This document shows positions 9,425 to 19,328 of a DNA stretch of 64,000 bases, piece after piece. The stretch covers positions 2,656,001 to 2,720,000 of the forward strand of contig OZ218778.1 in the NCBI GenBank assembly GCA_965112635.1, read 5' to 3'. The first letter of the stretch is position 1; every line of letters begins with the position of its first letter. This stretch comes from an uncultured bacterium. Its GTDB lineage: Bacteria > Oederibacteriota > Oederibacteriia > Oederibacteriales > Oederibacteriaceae. Under the pieces are notes generated by a model, which saw only the letters and a program-made list of their open reading frames with translations, ran no database searches and was not told the DNA's origin. Both the position numbers and the translations under genes were made by a program.

Positions 9425-11233
9425 ATGTTCAACAAAAGAGGCCTGGGATCACTTGGGTCAGTTCGAGATCATTCAAAGAAAGGCACCCCTATTGTTGGGT
9501 GGATAATCTTAGGTGTATTCCTCTTATGTGTCATCTGGCTTGCAGCATCAGGAAAATTGATCCTCAACTGGAACTTATATCTCGCCAAATCCTGCACCCT
9601 TGAAGGTCAATACAGCCGAGCCTTGGCCATATTGTCAAAATTGGAAAGCTCTAATTATCATGACCCCCGCATCACCGATGCCACGGGGTTGGTCTATTTG
9701 TACCAGGGCCTGTTCGACCAAGCACAGGAAAAATACGCGGCAGCGACCCGCGAGGGTCTGCGTCCCAGCCGGTTGTTCAATCACCTTTCTTTCGGAAGCA
9801 ACTTCATCGCTATCGGCCGCTACCAGGAGGCCTTAGTTGAATTCAAGCACGCGGTTGAAATTATGCCCAACCACTATAAAGCGCATCGCGGCCTTGCCGA
9901 AGCATACCATGCCCTTTGTGAACTAGAAGCCGCTATTCCCGAATACCAGCAGGCCCTGGCCTTGAACCCCAATGACAACGAATCTCAAAAAGAACTGGAC
10001 AGGGCCCGGCAAGACCGGGATAAAGGTTCTGTGGCCTACATGTTCGACCGTCTTGACCAGCCTTTGGCCAGACGCCAGGTCAGCGAATCAACCGAACCAA
10101 AATCAAATTATCCGTTTTCTCAATATACGGCCCATTTGGTAGGTTATGTAAGTTCCCGCCATGGTTCGGCTGGATTGGAAAAAGTTCTCGCCCAATATTT
10201 CCCTGGCAATAAAGTTACCCTGACCATCGATGCCTCTTTGCAAAGGGCTTGTAGCAAGATCCTGGGGTGGAACAAAGGGGCCATCGTGGCGCTAGACCCA
10301 AAAACCGGGGAAATTATCGTCGCCCTCAGCCAGCCTTTGTTCAACCCTTCACGCATTGATACCGAAGACTGGTATAACAACAGCGACAACCCCAATAAAC
10401 CCTTTAAAAACAGGGCTTTTGAAGAGCTTTATATGCCGGGCTCCATAGCGAAAATCATCACCACAGCGGCGGTTTTAGAAAAAAAGTTAGACCTTTCAAC
10501 GGTCTTCCCGCTGCACTGCAAAGGTTCACTGATCATAGATGGAACGCCTTTTTTGGACTGGAAAAAACACGGAAGGATCAAAAGTCTGGAGGAGGCCTTT
10601 GACAACTCCTGCAACGTAAGTTACGCCAAATTAGGCCGATTGCTAGGCGCCGACGCTCTTTTTGAATACACCAATAAATTCGGCATTCAAAAAGTGCCGC
10701 CGATAGAGCTTCCTGTTCTCGCGGGCAAGACCGCCTATACGGACACTTCTCTTCAAGTAGCCGAATGGGCCAACGGGGTCGGTAAATATTGGATCACGCC
10801 TTTACACGCCGCCATGTTGGCTGCCGCTATTGCTAACGATGGCGTGGTCATGAAACCTTACCTGATCAAAGAAATTAAAAGTTTCCATGAAGATCCCATC
10901 AAAACCAACCATCCCGCCCCCTGGTTTACCGCGATATCCAAAGAAACGGCAAGAAAGATTTCCCAGATGATGCTGGAAGACACGGTCAAGGGAATAGGAA
11001 AAAAAGCATCAGTGATAGGCATTTCCGTAGCTGGAAAAACAGGGACGACCGGAAGCGTCAGTAAAGGAGGTTTGAACGGCTGGTTTATTTGCTTCGCTCC
11101 TGTTGAAAAACCAAAGATTGCTTTAGCCGTTTATATAGAAAATGGCGGAACCGGAATGGATGTCGCGGCACCCATCGCGGGAAAAGTGTTATCAGCATTC
11201 TTCACGGAAAATGAACACAAAGGCGACGAATAG
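9425..11233 (+). CDS. Membrane-anchored TPR-repeat / penicillin-binding transpeptidase fusion (class B PBP-like)
   Basis: TM helix; TPR-like repeats (G.VYLYQGLFDQA, LAEAYHAL..LEAAI.EYQQALALNP); catalytic motifs SIAK (SxxK), SCN (SxN), KTGT. Confidence 0.9.
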   Translation: MFNKRGLGSLGSVRDHSKKGTPIVGWIILGVFLLCVIWLAASGKLILNWNLYLAKSCTLEGQYSRALAILSKLESSNYHDPRITDATGLVYLYQGLFDQAQEKYAAATREGLRPSRLFNHLSFGSNFIAIGRYQEALVEFKHAVEIMPNHYKAHRGLAEAYHALCELEAAIPEYQQALALNPNDNESQKELDRARQDRDKGSVAYMFDRLDQPLARRQVSESTEPKSNYPFSQYTAHLVGYVSSRHGSAGLEKVLAQYFPGNKVTLTIDASLQRACSKILGWNKGAIVALDPKTGEIIVALSQPLFNPSRIDTEDWYNNSDNPNKPFKNRAFEELYMPGSIAKIITTAAVLEKKLDLSTVFPLHCKGSLIIDGTPFLDWKKHGRIKSLEEAFDNSCNVSYAKLGRLLGADALFEYTNKFGIQKVPPIELPVLAGKTAYTDTSLQVAEWANGVGKYWITPLHAAMLAAAIANDGVVMKPYLIKEIKSFHEDPIKTNHPAPWFTAISKETARKISQMMLEDTVKGIGKKASVIGISVAGKTGTTGSVSKGGLNGWFICFAPVEKPKIALAVYIENGGTGMDVAAPIAGKVLSAFFTENEHKGDE

Positions 11234-11236
11234 CAT

Positions 11237-11812
11237 TCAACCTTTGAATGCTTGGCTCAATAAGGTGGAATAGACAGCGCCTGTTGGAGTTAAAATACTT
11301 TTCATCAGGTTGACCCCTGTAACTTCTTGCTGACCAAAAGAACAATCGGCTTTTTGTTCCACTAGTTTGACTGCTATTGGGATCAGGGTTGGTTTCAATC
11401 CCTCATTGCCCCTTACTCTGGCAATCGTGAGATGGGGCACAAACTTCCTGCTCTCTCTTGCAATTCCAACCAATTCAAACGATTTCTCGAACTCTTCAGC
11501 CAAATTCTCCAGCCTATTTTCTAATTCTCTGACTCCAACCCATATAACTTTTGGTTTTTTCCAGTTAGGGAAAACCCCTGCTCCCAGCACCTCAATCTTG
11601 AATGGGCGATCAAGCTGACCCGCGTTCTTGATTACATTCACAACAGCCTCATAATTTTCATCCTGGACCTCACCTAAAAACTTTAATGTTAAATGCATTG
11701 CCTCTTCTTTAACAAAAGAAAGCCCTCTCAAGTCCGGTCTTAATTCTTTCTGAAATGCCATGATTTTTTCTTTGATGTCTTGATTTATTGCAAGAGAAAC
11801 AAATAATCTCAT
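11237..11812 (-). CDS. thpR: RNA 2',3'-cyclic phosphodiesterase (2H phosphoesterase)
   Basis: MRLFV start; two HxT motifs (HLTLKFLG, PHLTIAR); cinA-recA context. Confidence 0.93.
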   Translation of the reverse strand: MRLFVSLAINQDIKEKIMAFQKELRPDLRGLSFVKEEAMHLTLKFLGEVQDENYEAVVNVIKNAGQLDRPFKIEVLGAGVFPNWKKPKVIWVGVRELENRLENLAEEFEKSFELVGIARESRKFVPHLTIARVRGNEGLKPTLIPIAVKLVEQKADCSFGQQEVTGVNLMKSILTPTGAVYSTLLSQAFKG

Positions 11813-11854
11813 CGAGGACTCCAGACTCCATGGAGAATTTTACTAATAATTTAA

Positions 11855-12484
11855 CTAATCGGTTTTAAGTAAGGCATCAATTTCTCTTAAACATACCAAG
11901 GACCAGCCTTCTAAATTTAAAGAGGTGTCATTTAGAAGACTATTTGGTTTTGCAAAAAATAACCTGGCTATTTCTTCGCGATGCGCTTTATTGACTTCGA
12001 CTAAAGGCTTATCTAATTCAACTAAATAAATAACTCCAAAATGGACTCTGCCCACCTCATCGGCATCATCATTAAGAACAGCGATCATTTTTCTCTTGGT
12101 TGCTGTTTTAATAACAACCTCTTCGGACAGCTCCCTTTCTAATGCGGCCTCAACAGTTCTTTCTAGGTCCCTCCTGGTGGCAACAGTTCCATCCAAGGGA
12201 TTGATATGGCCCCCAATCCCGATAGATGCCTTATGCATGAGCCTGCTTTCGCCGGAAGTCTTGCTTCGGATATAGGTCAGCACCTCACCCTTATGAACGC
12301 ATAAAACGTAGGGGATGATCTGCTTCAAAGCAAAGTTGCTTTCCGCCTCACTTCTGGGGCAAAAACCACACGTTCCGGACGACAAGATAGCGTCAAAATA
12401 TTTTGAATAATCCAGCGATAATCCCTGAAATGAACCGACTTTATCCAGAATAGCTCTGGGAAAAACAAGAATACTTTCTACCAA
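11855..12484 (-). CDS. NUDIX-family phosphoesterase (COG4112-like)
   Basis: R.EAE....KQIIPY, GE.RL..K.SIGIGGHIN, RELSEEV, NDD..EVGRVHFG. Confidence 0.85.
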   Translation of the reverse strand: MVESILVFPRAILDKVGSFQGLSLDYSKYFDAILSSGTCGFCPRSEAESNFALKQIIPYVLCVHKGEVLTYIRSKTSGESRLMHKASIGIGGHINPLDGTVATRRDLERTVEAALERELSEEVVIKTATKRKMIAVLNDDADEVGRVHFGVIYLVELDKPLVEVNKAHREEIARLFFAKPNSLLNDTSLNLEGWSLVCLREIDALLKTD

Positions 12485-12499
12485 AATGACCCCTTCTTC

Positions 12500-13759
12500 T
12501 TAGGTTTTTTGTTGAGCAACCCGAGTTAACAAAAATCTTCTGAGATGGTCTAAAGCGATTTGCGCAGAACGCTCTTTAATGGTAACCCTCTCTCTAAAAG
12601 AAAATCTATGCTCCCACCACATCGAACTGCTTTTAGCATCCAGAGCCATAAAAACCAATCCAACTGGTTTTTTCTTGCTACCGCCTCCTGGTCCGGCAAT
12701 ACCGGTTATCGCAAGCCCAAGGTCTGTTTTACTGATCCTCCGGACACCCCTTGCCATGGCTAAGGCTGCCTGATGGCTTACGGCGCCATATTTCTTCAGT
12801 ATGATAGAGGGAACTCCCAGTAACTGCCTCTTGGACTGATTACTATAGGTAATGACGGCCCGATCAAAATAATCTGAACTTCCAGGTGAATTGGTGATCC
12901 AATTTGCCACCAAGCCACCTGTACAGGATTCTGCTACAGAAAGGACCTGTCTTCTCTTTCTAAGTAGATCCCCCACCACCATAGCCATCGTATGATTGTC
13001 TGTCCCAAAGATATACTGGCCCAGCCTCTTCTTGAGCTCTATTTCGACCTTGTTGATTAATTTCTTGGCCTCAGCTATATTGCCAGCCTTTGCCGTAACC
13101 CTAATTTTAACTTCCATATGGTTGGCCAACAAAGCAAGGGTCGGATTATTTAAAGAAATAAAAAGGTCCTTAATCTTCTCATCCACAGCAGATTCTGTAA
13201 TGCCACAGCACTTTAAGACCCGCGACAAAATGACGCCTCGACTGGATTTTTTCATCAAATAAGGGATAACGCCTCCTTGAAGCATGACTTCCATTTCTCT
13301 GGGAACACCGGGCAGGATAATGCCTGTCTTTCTGCCTTTCTCAAAAATAAACCCTGGCGCCGTTCCCAAAGGGTTCCAAATTACCTGGGCTCCTTTGGGA
13401 ACCCACGCTTGATTCTCATTATTAAGAGGCATTAATGTTTTGCGATGCTTAAAAATACGCTTGATATGTTTCAAAATCCCAGAATTCAAATAAAGAGGCA
13501 TGCGGAAATATTCAGCAAAAGTTTGCTTGGTGAGGTCATCCACTGTTGGGCCAAGCCCTCCAGTGGCCAAAACGAGATCTGCCCTTTTATAAGCATTTCC
13601 AAGAGCGGCCAAGATCCTCTTTCTATTATCACCCACAGCGGTCTTATAATGGACGTCAATGCCTAACTCAGCTAGCCGCTGGCTGATATAAGCGGAATTA
13701 GTATCGACAATCTGCCCTAATAACAATTCTGTCCCGATAGCTAAAATCTCAGCCTTCAT
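12500..13759 (-). CDS. cinA: Competence/damage-inducible protein CinA (MoCF-like domain + NMN deamidase)
   Basis: GTELLLGQIVDTNS, GGLGPT.DDLT, LPGVPREM, AESCTGG, ITGIAGPGGG..KKPVG. Confidence 0.97.
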   Translation of the reverse strand: MKAEILAIGTELLLGQIVDTNSAYISQRLAELGIDVHYKTAVGDNRKRILAALGNAYKRADLVLATGGLGPTVDDLTKQTFAEYFRMPLYLNSGILKHIKRIFKHRKTLMPLNNENQAWVPKGAQVIWNPLGTAPGFIFEKGRKTGIILPGVPREMEVMLQGGVIPYLMKKSSRGVILSRVLKCCGITESAVDEKIKDLFISLNNPTLALLANHMEVKIRVTAKAGNIAEAKKLINKVEIELKKRLGQYIFGTDNHTMAMVVGDLLRKRRQVLSVAESCTGGLVANWITNSPGSSDYFDRAVITYSNQSKRQLLGVPSIILKKYGAVSHQAALAMARGVRRISKTDLGLAITGIAGPGGGSKKKPVGLVFMALDAKSSSMWWEHRFSFRERVTIKERSAQIALDHLRRFLLTRVAQQKT

Positions 13760-13781
13760 GGCGCCTCAGATTCTTTAAATA

Positions 13782-14234
13782 CTAGAATGGAAACGCTAAA
13801 TGGACTATTTGAAGGATAATATTGGCTAACGCAGCGGATAATAGATCGTCCAGCATCACGCCCCATCCGCCAGGCAGTTTTTGTATTTTCCTTATCCCCA
13901 GGGGTTTGATCACATCAAATAATCGGAACAATAGAAAACCTGCAATAAAATAAAAATATGAAAAAGGAAGACAGAAAACGGCTATCCACATCCCTACGCA
14001 TTCATCAATAACGATCTTGTGGCTGTCCTTCTCTTTATAAATGATCTCTGCCCGCGTGCTTACCCATTCCCCGATGAAAAAACCAACAACAATGATGCAA
14101 GCATCTAGCAAAATGGACCTGTGAAAATAGTAATAAAAAATTAAACCCGCCAATGCTCCAAAAGTGCCTGATGCAAAGGGTATACGGCCTATATAAAAGA
14201 CTGAAGCTACGATCTTCACTAGGTGAGATCTCAC
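13782..14234 (-). CDS. pgpA: Phosphatidylglycerophosphatase A
   Basis: P.ASGTFG, D...IVIDE.VG, LFRLFD..KP, GG.GVMLDD. Confidence 0.95.
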   Translation of the reverse strand: MRSHLVKIVASVFYIGRIPFASGTFGALAGLIFYYYFHRSILLDACIIVVGFFIGEWVSTRAEIIYKEKDSHKIVIDECVGMWIAVFCLPFSYFYFIAGFLLFRLFDVIKPLGIRKIQKLPGGWGVMLDDLLSAALANIILQIVHLAFPF

Positions 14235-14845
14235 AGAAGTTCCTTATAAAATAGTTTTTTGTTCTTCCAGACAAAATCAACACCGGAAGTTATTGAAAAT
14301 ACGGTTGCTATGAACATCAGCCAATAAGGCCCATATTTAACAAACTCATTCAATGGTGTCGCAAAAATCGAGCCGCTTGCGAACCAAAGGGCTAGGGCAG
14401 GATAATGTTCGGTGGTTGAAGAAATAGCTAATACCAAAAGAGTGCTGATAATGGCTGTCATTTGGGAGATGGTTTTATGCTTACCGGAACGTTCAGCGGC
14501 CAACACCTGATTCTGGGTCAGGGCAAAAAACCTAATGCTCGTAATGAGGAATTCCCTGCTAACAATAATGATCACCATCCAGGGAGGTATAACGTCATAC
14601 ATAACAAAAATAACTAACGCCGAGATGACCAATATTTTATCGGCAACTGGATCAAGGATCTTACCGAAGTTGCTGATTTCCCTAAAACGTCTAGCGATCC
14701 ATCCATCATAATAATCTGTTAGGGCCGCTATAATAAATATCAGAAAAGCCGCCCAATAGGTGATCATTTTATCCTGGATAATGAACCAGATGAATATCGG
14801 CACTAAAAAGATACGGCTCAATGTCAATAAATTGGCAAATCCCAT
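14231..14845 (-). CDS. pgsA: CDP-diacylglycerol--glycerol-3-phosphate 3-phosphatidyltransferase
   Basis: N.LTLSRI; CDP-alcohol phosphotransferase motif TDYYDG.IARR....SNFGKILDPVADK. Confidence 0.96.
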   Translation of the reverse strand: MGFANLLTLSRIFLVPIFIWFIIQDKMITYWAAFLIFIIAALTDYYDGWIARRFREISNFGKILDPVADKILVISALVIFVMYDVIPPWMVIIIVSREFLITSIRFFALTQNQVLAAERSGKHKTISQMTAIISTLLVLAISSTTEHYPALALWFASGSIFATPLNEFVKYGPYWLMFIATVFSITSGVDFVWKNKKLFYKELL

Positions 14846-14860
14846 AATATGACCTCTATT

Positions 14861-16282
14861 TTAGTAATTTGTTTCATACCGACCTATTAAATCATAGTCC
14901 AAAGCATTAGTAACCCTCACTTGGACAAATTGCCCTGGTTTAATATTTAAAGTTTTCGGAGCGGAGAAGTATACTTCCCCATCTATCTCCGGGGCATCGT
15001 GTTCGCTACGGCCAACCCACCACTGAATAGACCCTTTAGAGGCTTTCTCGTGATTCTTGCGTGTTCTTTTTTTTAATTTATTTCCGACTAGATTTTCAGG
15101 CAAATTCACATCATGCCCGGGATGATCAAGGATAACCCTAACAATATCACCTATTTTTCCTGTTGCTTTCTTCAAAGAAATCCGCCGCTGCAATGTCATG
15201 AGGATATGCTTTCTTTCCTGCTGAATTTCGGGGGCAATGGTCTGGTAAAGCTTGGAGGCTGCGGTATTTTTTTCTGACGAATAACAGAAAACACCCAATT
15301 TGTCGAATTGCACACGCTGTACAAAACGGCACAACTTCTTAAAAGCACCCTCGGTTTCTCCAGGGAAACCAACGATGAATGTAGTCCTAATAGAAACACC
15401 AGGGATTTTCTTCCTGATTGACCAGATAAGGTTTTCAGTTTCCTTCTCAGAACCAGGCCTCTTCATAGTTCTCAATATCCTTTTGTCGATATGCTGCAAC
15501 GGGATATCAACATATTTACATACCTTGGGTTCTTGGCTGATAATCTCAAATATTTCCTTATTGGAAATATCCGGGAATAAATATAACAATCTTATCCATT
15601 CCATCCCCTTGACTCTCGATACAGCTTGAAGCATTTCCGCGGTTTTATGCTTGCCGTAAAGCTCCAATCCATAGCTGGATGTATCCTGGCCCACGAGTTG
15701 GATCTCCTTTACTCCCTGTTCAGCCAGGCTTTTAGCCTCAAGTACGATCGATTCGATCTTGCGGCTCCTCATTCTGCCCCTTAAAAAAGGGATATTGCAG
15801 AACGAACATCGTCGGTTGCACCCTTCTGATATTTTTATGACTGAAGTATGCGGGAGGGTCACCCTGAGACGAGGCGTTAGATGGTGATAAAGATAAGTCG
15901 GCCTGCCTACTCTGATAACCTTTTTACCTGATCCTTTGAGCTTCTCAAATATTTCATAAATCCTGTTAATTTCCCCAGGACCAGCCACAGCGTCTATTTC
16001 CGGAATTTGAGCTAAAAGATTTCCCTGATACTGCTGGGCGAGGCAACCCGTAACGATCAGCAGTTGTTTCTCTTGGATTTTTAAGGCAGCCATCTCATTT
16101 AAAATATTGATGGATTCTTGTCTGGCATCCTGAATAAACGCACACGTGTTGACTAGGATGATATCGGCATTCTGAGGTGAGCCCGTTAAATTAAATCCTT
16201 TCTTTTTTAACAGACCAAGCATGACTTCAGTATCAACAAGATTCTTGGAACACCCCAAACTTGCACAATAAACTCTTGGCAA
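14861..16282 (-). CDS. rimO: Ribosomal protein S12 methylthiotransferase
   Basis: SLGCSKNLVDTE, NTCAFI, radical SAM EGCNRRCSFC, RTTFIVGFPGET, DAPEIDG TRAM domain. Confidence 0.96.
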   Translation of the reverse strand: MPRVYCASLGCSKNLVDTEVMLGLLKKKGFNLTGSPQNADIILVNTCAFIQDARQESINILNEMAALKIQEKQLLIVTGCLAQQYQGNLLAQIPEIDAVAGPGEINRIYEIFEKLKGSGKKVIRVGRPTYLYHHLTPRLRVTLPHTSVIKISEGCNRRCSFCNIPFLRGRMRSRKIESIVLEAKSLAEQGVKEIQLVGQDTSSYGLELYGKHKTAEMLQAVSRVKGMEWIRLLYLFPDISNKEIFEIISQEPKVCKYVDIPLQHIDKRILRTMKRPGSEKETENLIWSIRKKIPGVSIRTTFIVGFPGETEGAFKKLCRFVQRVQFDKLGVFCYSSEKNTAASKLYQTIAPEIQQERKHILMTLQRRISLKKATGKIGDIVRVILDHPGHDVNLPENLVGNKLKKRTRKNHEKASKGSIQWWVGRSEHDAPEIDGEVYFSAPKTLNIKPGQFVQVRVTNALDYDLIGRYETNY

Positions 16283-16444
16283 AAGTTCCCCTTTAAAAAA
16301 TTAATTTATCGACTTCACATTACGGAAATTCTTATCACCATAAGCCAAATAGACACAACTATATCGTGCGCGTAGAACACCTTATCCTTCAGCTTGGCTT
16401 AAAGGTGGTAAAAAAGAAACGATTACAATTGTTTTAAAAGTAAT

Positions 16445-17233
16445 CTATTTCTTTGGGCCTATATTCGCAGTGCCAGTCATGATGCGCGGTTGCGGTTGAG
16501 GTTGAATCCTCGTATTGACTCTAACCGGCGTAGCGGTAGGTGCTGGTTTTGGAGGTTTGGGAGCCTTCATGCTCTTGACGCCATTATCAATGACCAACAA
16601 AGGAATAGCCTCGCCCAGCTTTCCGGTAATTTTGAAGGGTTTACCGTTCATCGTCAGATTCAATCCACCCGCATTCCCGATTTTCAGCACAAAACCTTTT
16701 TGGGCTTCCCAAATCTTTTTATCCCCCTTCTTCAACTGGTAAGTTGCTTCGGTCATAAGGTCGGAACTGACAGAAAGAGACCCGTCCGCCGTGGCCTCTG
16801 CCTCAAGATAGATAAAACCCTGGGACATTTTTTGCTGTTTATAAATGTCGCTCATGATAACGGTATCGATCCTTACCGTCTTTTGTGGCGCGGCTGGATC
16901 GTTGGAAAAGATCGTGACGGTTTTACTGACTGGCCCCATTTTTCCTTGGGGATTGAAGGAAACCTGCATGATCCCGCTGGCCAATGGCGTTATACTCTTA
17001 TAAGTCAGCATCGCCGAGGTGCAGCCGCAAGAGGCCTGTGTTTTATCGATAATAAGCTGCGCATCACCCTGGTTTTCTATGACAAAATTGTGCTGCAACA
17101 TTTCCGCCCCAGTGACATTCCCAAAATCAAAGGAATCCTCAGTAACATGGATCTTTGGCGCGGCAAAGGATAACGCTGCTCCAAATAAAACGACCAAACT
17201 TAACACCATAACACTTGAAACAATCTTCTTCAT
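16445..17233 (-). CDS. Exported DUF1573 + DUF4115 (RodZ C-terminal-like) domain protein
   Basis: Signal peptide; FDFG...F.IEN.G...L.I.....SCGCT (DUF1573); KIGNAGGL.L..NGKP (DUF4115); Pro-rich tail. Confidence 0.8.
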   Translation of the reverse strand: MKKIVSSVMVLSLVVLFGAALSFAAPKIHVTEDSFDFGNVTGAEMLQHNFVIENQGDAQLIIDKTQASCGCTSAMLTYKSITPLASGIMQVSFNPQGKMGPVSKTVTIFSNDPAAPQKTVRIDTVIMSDIYKQQKMSQGFIYLEAEATADGSLSVSSDLMTEATYQLKKGDKKIWEAQKGFVLKIGNAGGLNLTMNGKPFKITGKLGEAIPLLVIDNGVKSMKAPKPPKPAPTATPVRVNTRIQPQPQPRIMTGTANIGPKK

Positions 17234-17289
17234 TGCTACTCCTTTCCTTTATGATTTTTAATAAGGTAGTTCTGGAGAACCTATTTAGT

Positions 17290-17784
17290 TTATCTAAAGT
17301 TCGTAAATTGTAAAGATACCCCCCACTCCCCTCTTTTGAGGATAGCCATAACTTCTTGAAGATCGTCTTTGCTACGGCTTGTAAATCTTATCTGATCTGC
17401 CTGAATTTGCGGCTGAACTTTTAGCTTGGTGTCTTTAATAGCCTTGACGATCTCTTTGGCTTTTTCTTGAGGAATGCCCTGGATTAACTTAACAACCTGC
17501 CTAACGGTTTGGCCAGAAGCTGGTTCCACTTTGTTCCACTCCAGACTTTTCAGAGAAACGCCTCTTTTTACCAGCTTACCTTGAAAAAGGTCAACGACAG
17601 TTTTCAATTTGTAGTCATCATCTGAAATGATCGTCAGTTCATTCTTTTGCTTATCCAGAGTAATTTGACTCTGACTTCCCTTAAAATCAAATCGCTGTAA
17701 TATTTCTTTCATAGCTTGTTGGACCGCATTATCCACCTCTTGGAGATTGACCTTGGATACCGCATCAAAGGAAAAATCTGCCAT
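17290..17784 (-). CDS. yajQ: YajQ family nucleotide / c-di-GMP-binding protein
   Basis: SFD.VS.V..QEVDNAV, RFDFKG, K.KVQ.QIQ.DQ.R, DDLQ, LQF.NFR. Confidence 0.95.
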   Translation of the reverse strand: MADFSFDAVSKVNLQEVDNAVQQAMKEILQRFDFKGSQSQITLDKQKNELTIISDDDYKLKTVVDLFQGKLVKRGVSLKSLEWNKVEPASGQTVRQVVKLIQGIPQEKAKEIVKAIKDTKLKVQPQIQADQIRFTSRSKDDLQEVMAILKRGEWGVSLQFTNFR

Positions 17785-17825
17785 AGCTTTGCACCCCTCT
17801 TTCTAAATTGGTTATCCTCTTCGTA

Positions 17826-18617
17826 TCAGGGCAAATCAGACTTGGAGGTCACGGTTAGCCCTTGAGCGTTGTTAAAGTGTAAATCACCGTTCGAATCAAT
17901 CATTAAGGAAGAGATCACTTGTCCAGCCTTACCCAGGACGCCAACAGGCTTCTCGTTTAGCTGTAAACGCAAACCGCCTGCGTTGCCGATCTTGAGATAA
18001 AATTTTTTCCGAGCCTTCCAAATATTGGTATCCCCCTTCTTCATCTCATAGGACTTTTCCTGCATTAGGTCTGATCTTACTGAAAGCCAGACATCATCAA
18101 TAGCCATACCAATAAGATAAACATTGTCGTCCTTTATTCCAAGAGCTTTTTTAAATTCCACAAAATTTTTGGCGTAGGGAAACTTGGATACAGCAGGAGC
18201 AGGAACAAAATAGATATATACAAAATACGCCGCCAACAAGGCTACCATCCCCAGCAAAAACCACTTTACCCAAATTTTAACCTTATCCCATTTCAGCGCT
18301 TGCCTGATAAGTCTTAAAAGGTTCGGATTTGGCTTTGCCTCTTCTTCCATTCTTGTCTTTATGGTCTCTTGGAAGACTGCAACCCTTTTGATGGATGCGG
18401 AATATTTTTCCAGAGCTGCATTGGGATCGACCTCTAACGCTTTGGCGTAGGACCTTATAAATCCCTTTAAATAGGTTTCTCCCCTGAAACTATCGAAATG
18501 GTCTGCTTCCAAAGCCTGGAGGAGAGGCAAGGAAATTTTGGTCCTCTTTTGGATTTCCTCTAAAGAAACGCCTTTGCTCTTGCGCAAAGAACTTAAATAG
18601 GCGCCTACTGAATCCAC
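17826..18617 (-). CDS. rodZ: RodZ-like cell-shape protein (HTH_25 + TM + DUF4115)
   Basis: G..L...R...G.SLEEI...TKI....L.ALE...Y.KGFIRSYA; TM helix; KIGNAGGL; ftsK-lolA-rodZ-rimO context. Confidence 0.85.
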   Translation of the reverse strand: MDSVGAYLSSLRKSKGVSLEEIQKRTKISLPLLQALEADHFDSFRGETYLKGFIRSYAKALEVDPNAALEKYSASIKRVAVFQETIKTRMEEEAKPNPNLLRLIRQALKWDKVKIWVKWFLLGMVALLAAYFVYIYFVPAPAVSKFPYAKNFVEFKKALGIKDDNVYLIGMAIDDVWLSVRSDLMQEKSYEMKKGDTNIWKARKKFYLKIGNAGGLRLQLNEKPVGVLGKAGQVISSLMIDSNGDLHFNNAQGLTVTSKSDLP

Positions 18618-18635
18618 GCTGTGCTCCCCTTCGAT

Positions 18636-19328
18636 TTACTTTGTCCCAGTTGGGGCTAAAAGGGCCCCGTCGATGACCTCAACGCCAGAAGGAACTTTAA
18701 AATTGAATTGACCCGCATTAATGGAGGGATTCAACTTGACCCTGTCCAACTTGATCGAGAACATACTTCCGCTTGCAGTATAAATTAAGGTCTGGGTGGG
18801 CATCCATCCCGACTCATTAACCCAAAGCTTCACTTCATGGTAAGTTTTGCTGTTCTTCTTTTTCGGGACTAACTTAAGGATATAGGAATTCCCGTCAGCC
18901 GATCGCTCTTCCCCTAGGACTGATATCTGATAACGCTCCTGTAATTGGCTGACTTCCTGTCCTAGCTGAAAGGCAAATTGCTTTAAAACTTCGGAGGAAT
19001 CAATGTTTTGGCGGATAACCTGGTTTAACTCGGGAGTATAAAGCCATGCGACCTTCCCGTCTGAAACAAATGTCTGTGCGGACGGCTTCCGGAAATTAAT
19101 GAATATTTTATTCGGCCTCTCAATAATGATGCTTCCAACAATCTTTTCCTCTTGCAAACTTTGCCTTAATTTGATGGTCTCAGACAACTCAGCGCTTAGG
19201 GACATGGCCTCGGTCTTGCTAAGATGTCCCAATATCTCTTCTGTCGTTAATGTCTTTGCCCCTAAACTGTTGAGGCTAAAGCCATAAAGGAAAGCAAAGA
19301 AAAATAGAAAATAGGCAAAACGCCTCAC
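18636..19328 (-). CDS. lolA: Outer-membrane lipoprotein carrier LolA
   Basis: Signal peptide; G.....RPNK, Q.FVSDG...WLY.PELNQV, F.FK.P.GVEVID. Confidence 0.88.
   Translation of the reverse strand: MRRFAYFLFFFAFLYGFSLNSLGAKTLTTEEILGHLSKTEAMSLSAELSETIKLRQSLQEEKIVGSIIIERPNKIFINFRKPSAQTFVSDGKVAWLYTPELNQVIRQNIDSSEVLKQFAFQLGQEVSQLQERYQISVLGEERSADGNSYILKLVPKKKNSKTYHEVKLWVNESGWMPTQTLIYTASGSMFSIKLDRVKLNPSINAGQFNFKVPSGVEVIDGALLAPTGTK

Noticed and set aside
11237-19328. Visibly more AT-rich block as a horizontally acquired island
   Set aside because: It consists of syntenic housekeeping genes with no mobility signature; GC content was judged by eye, not computed.
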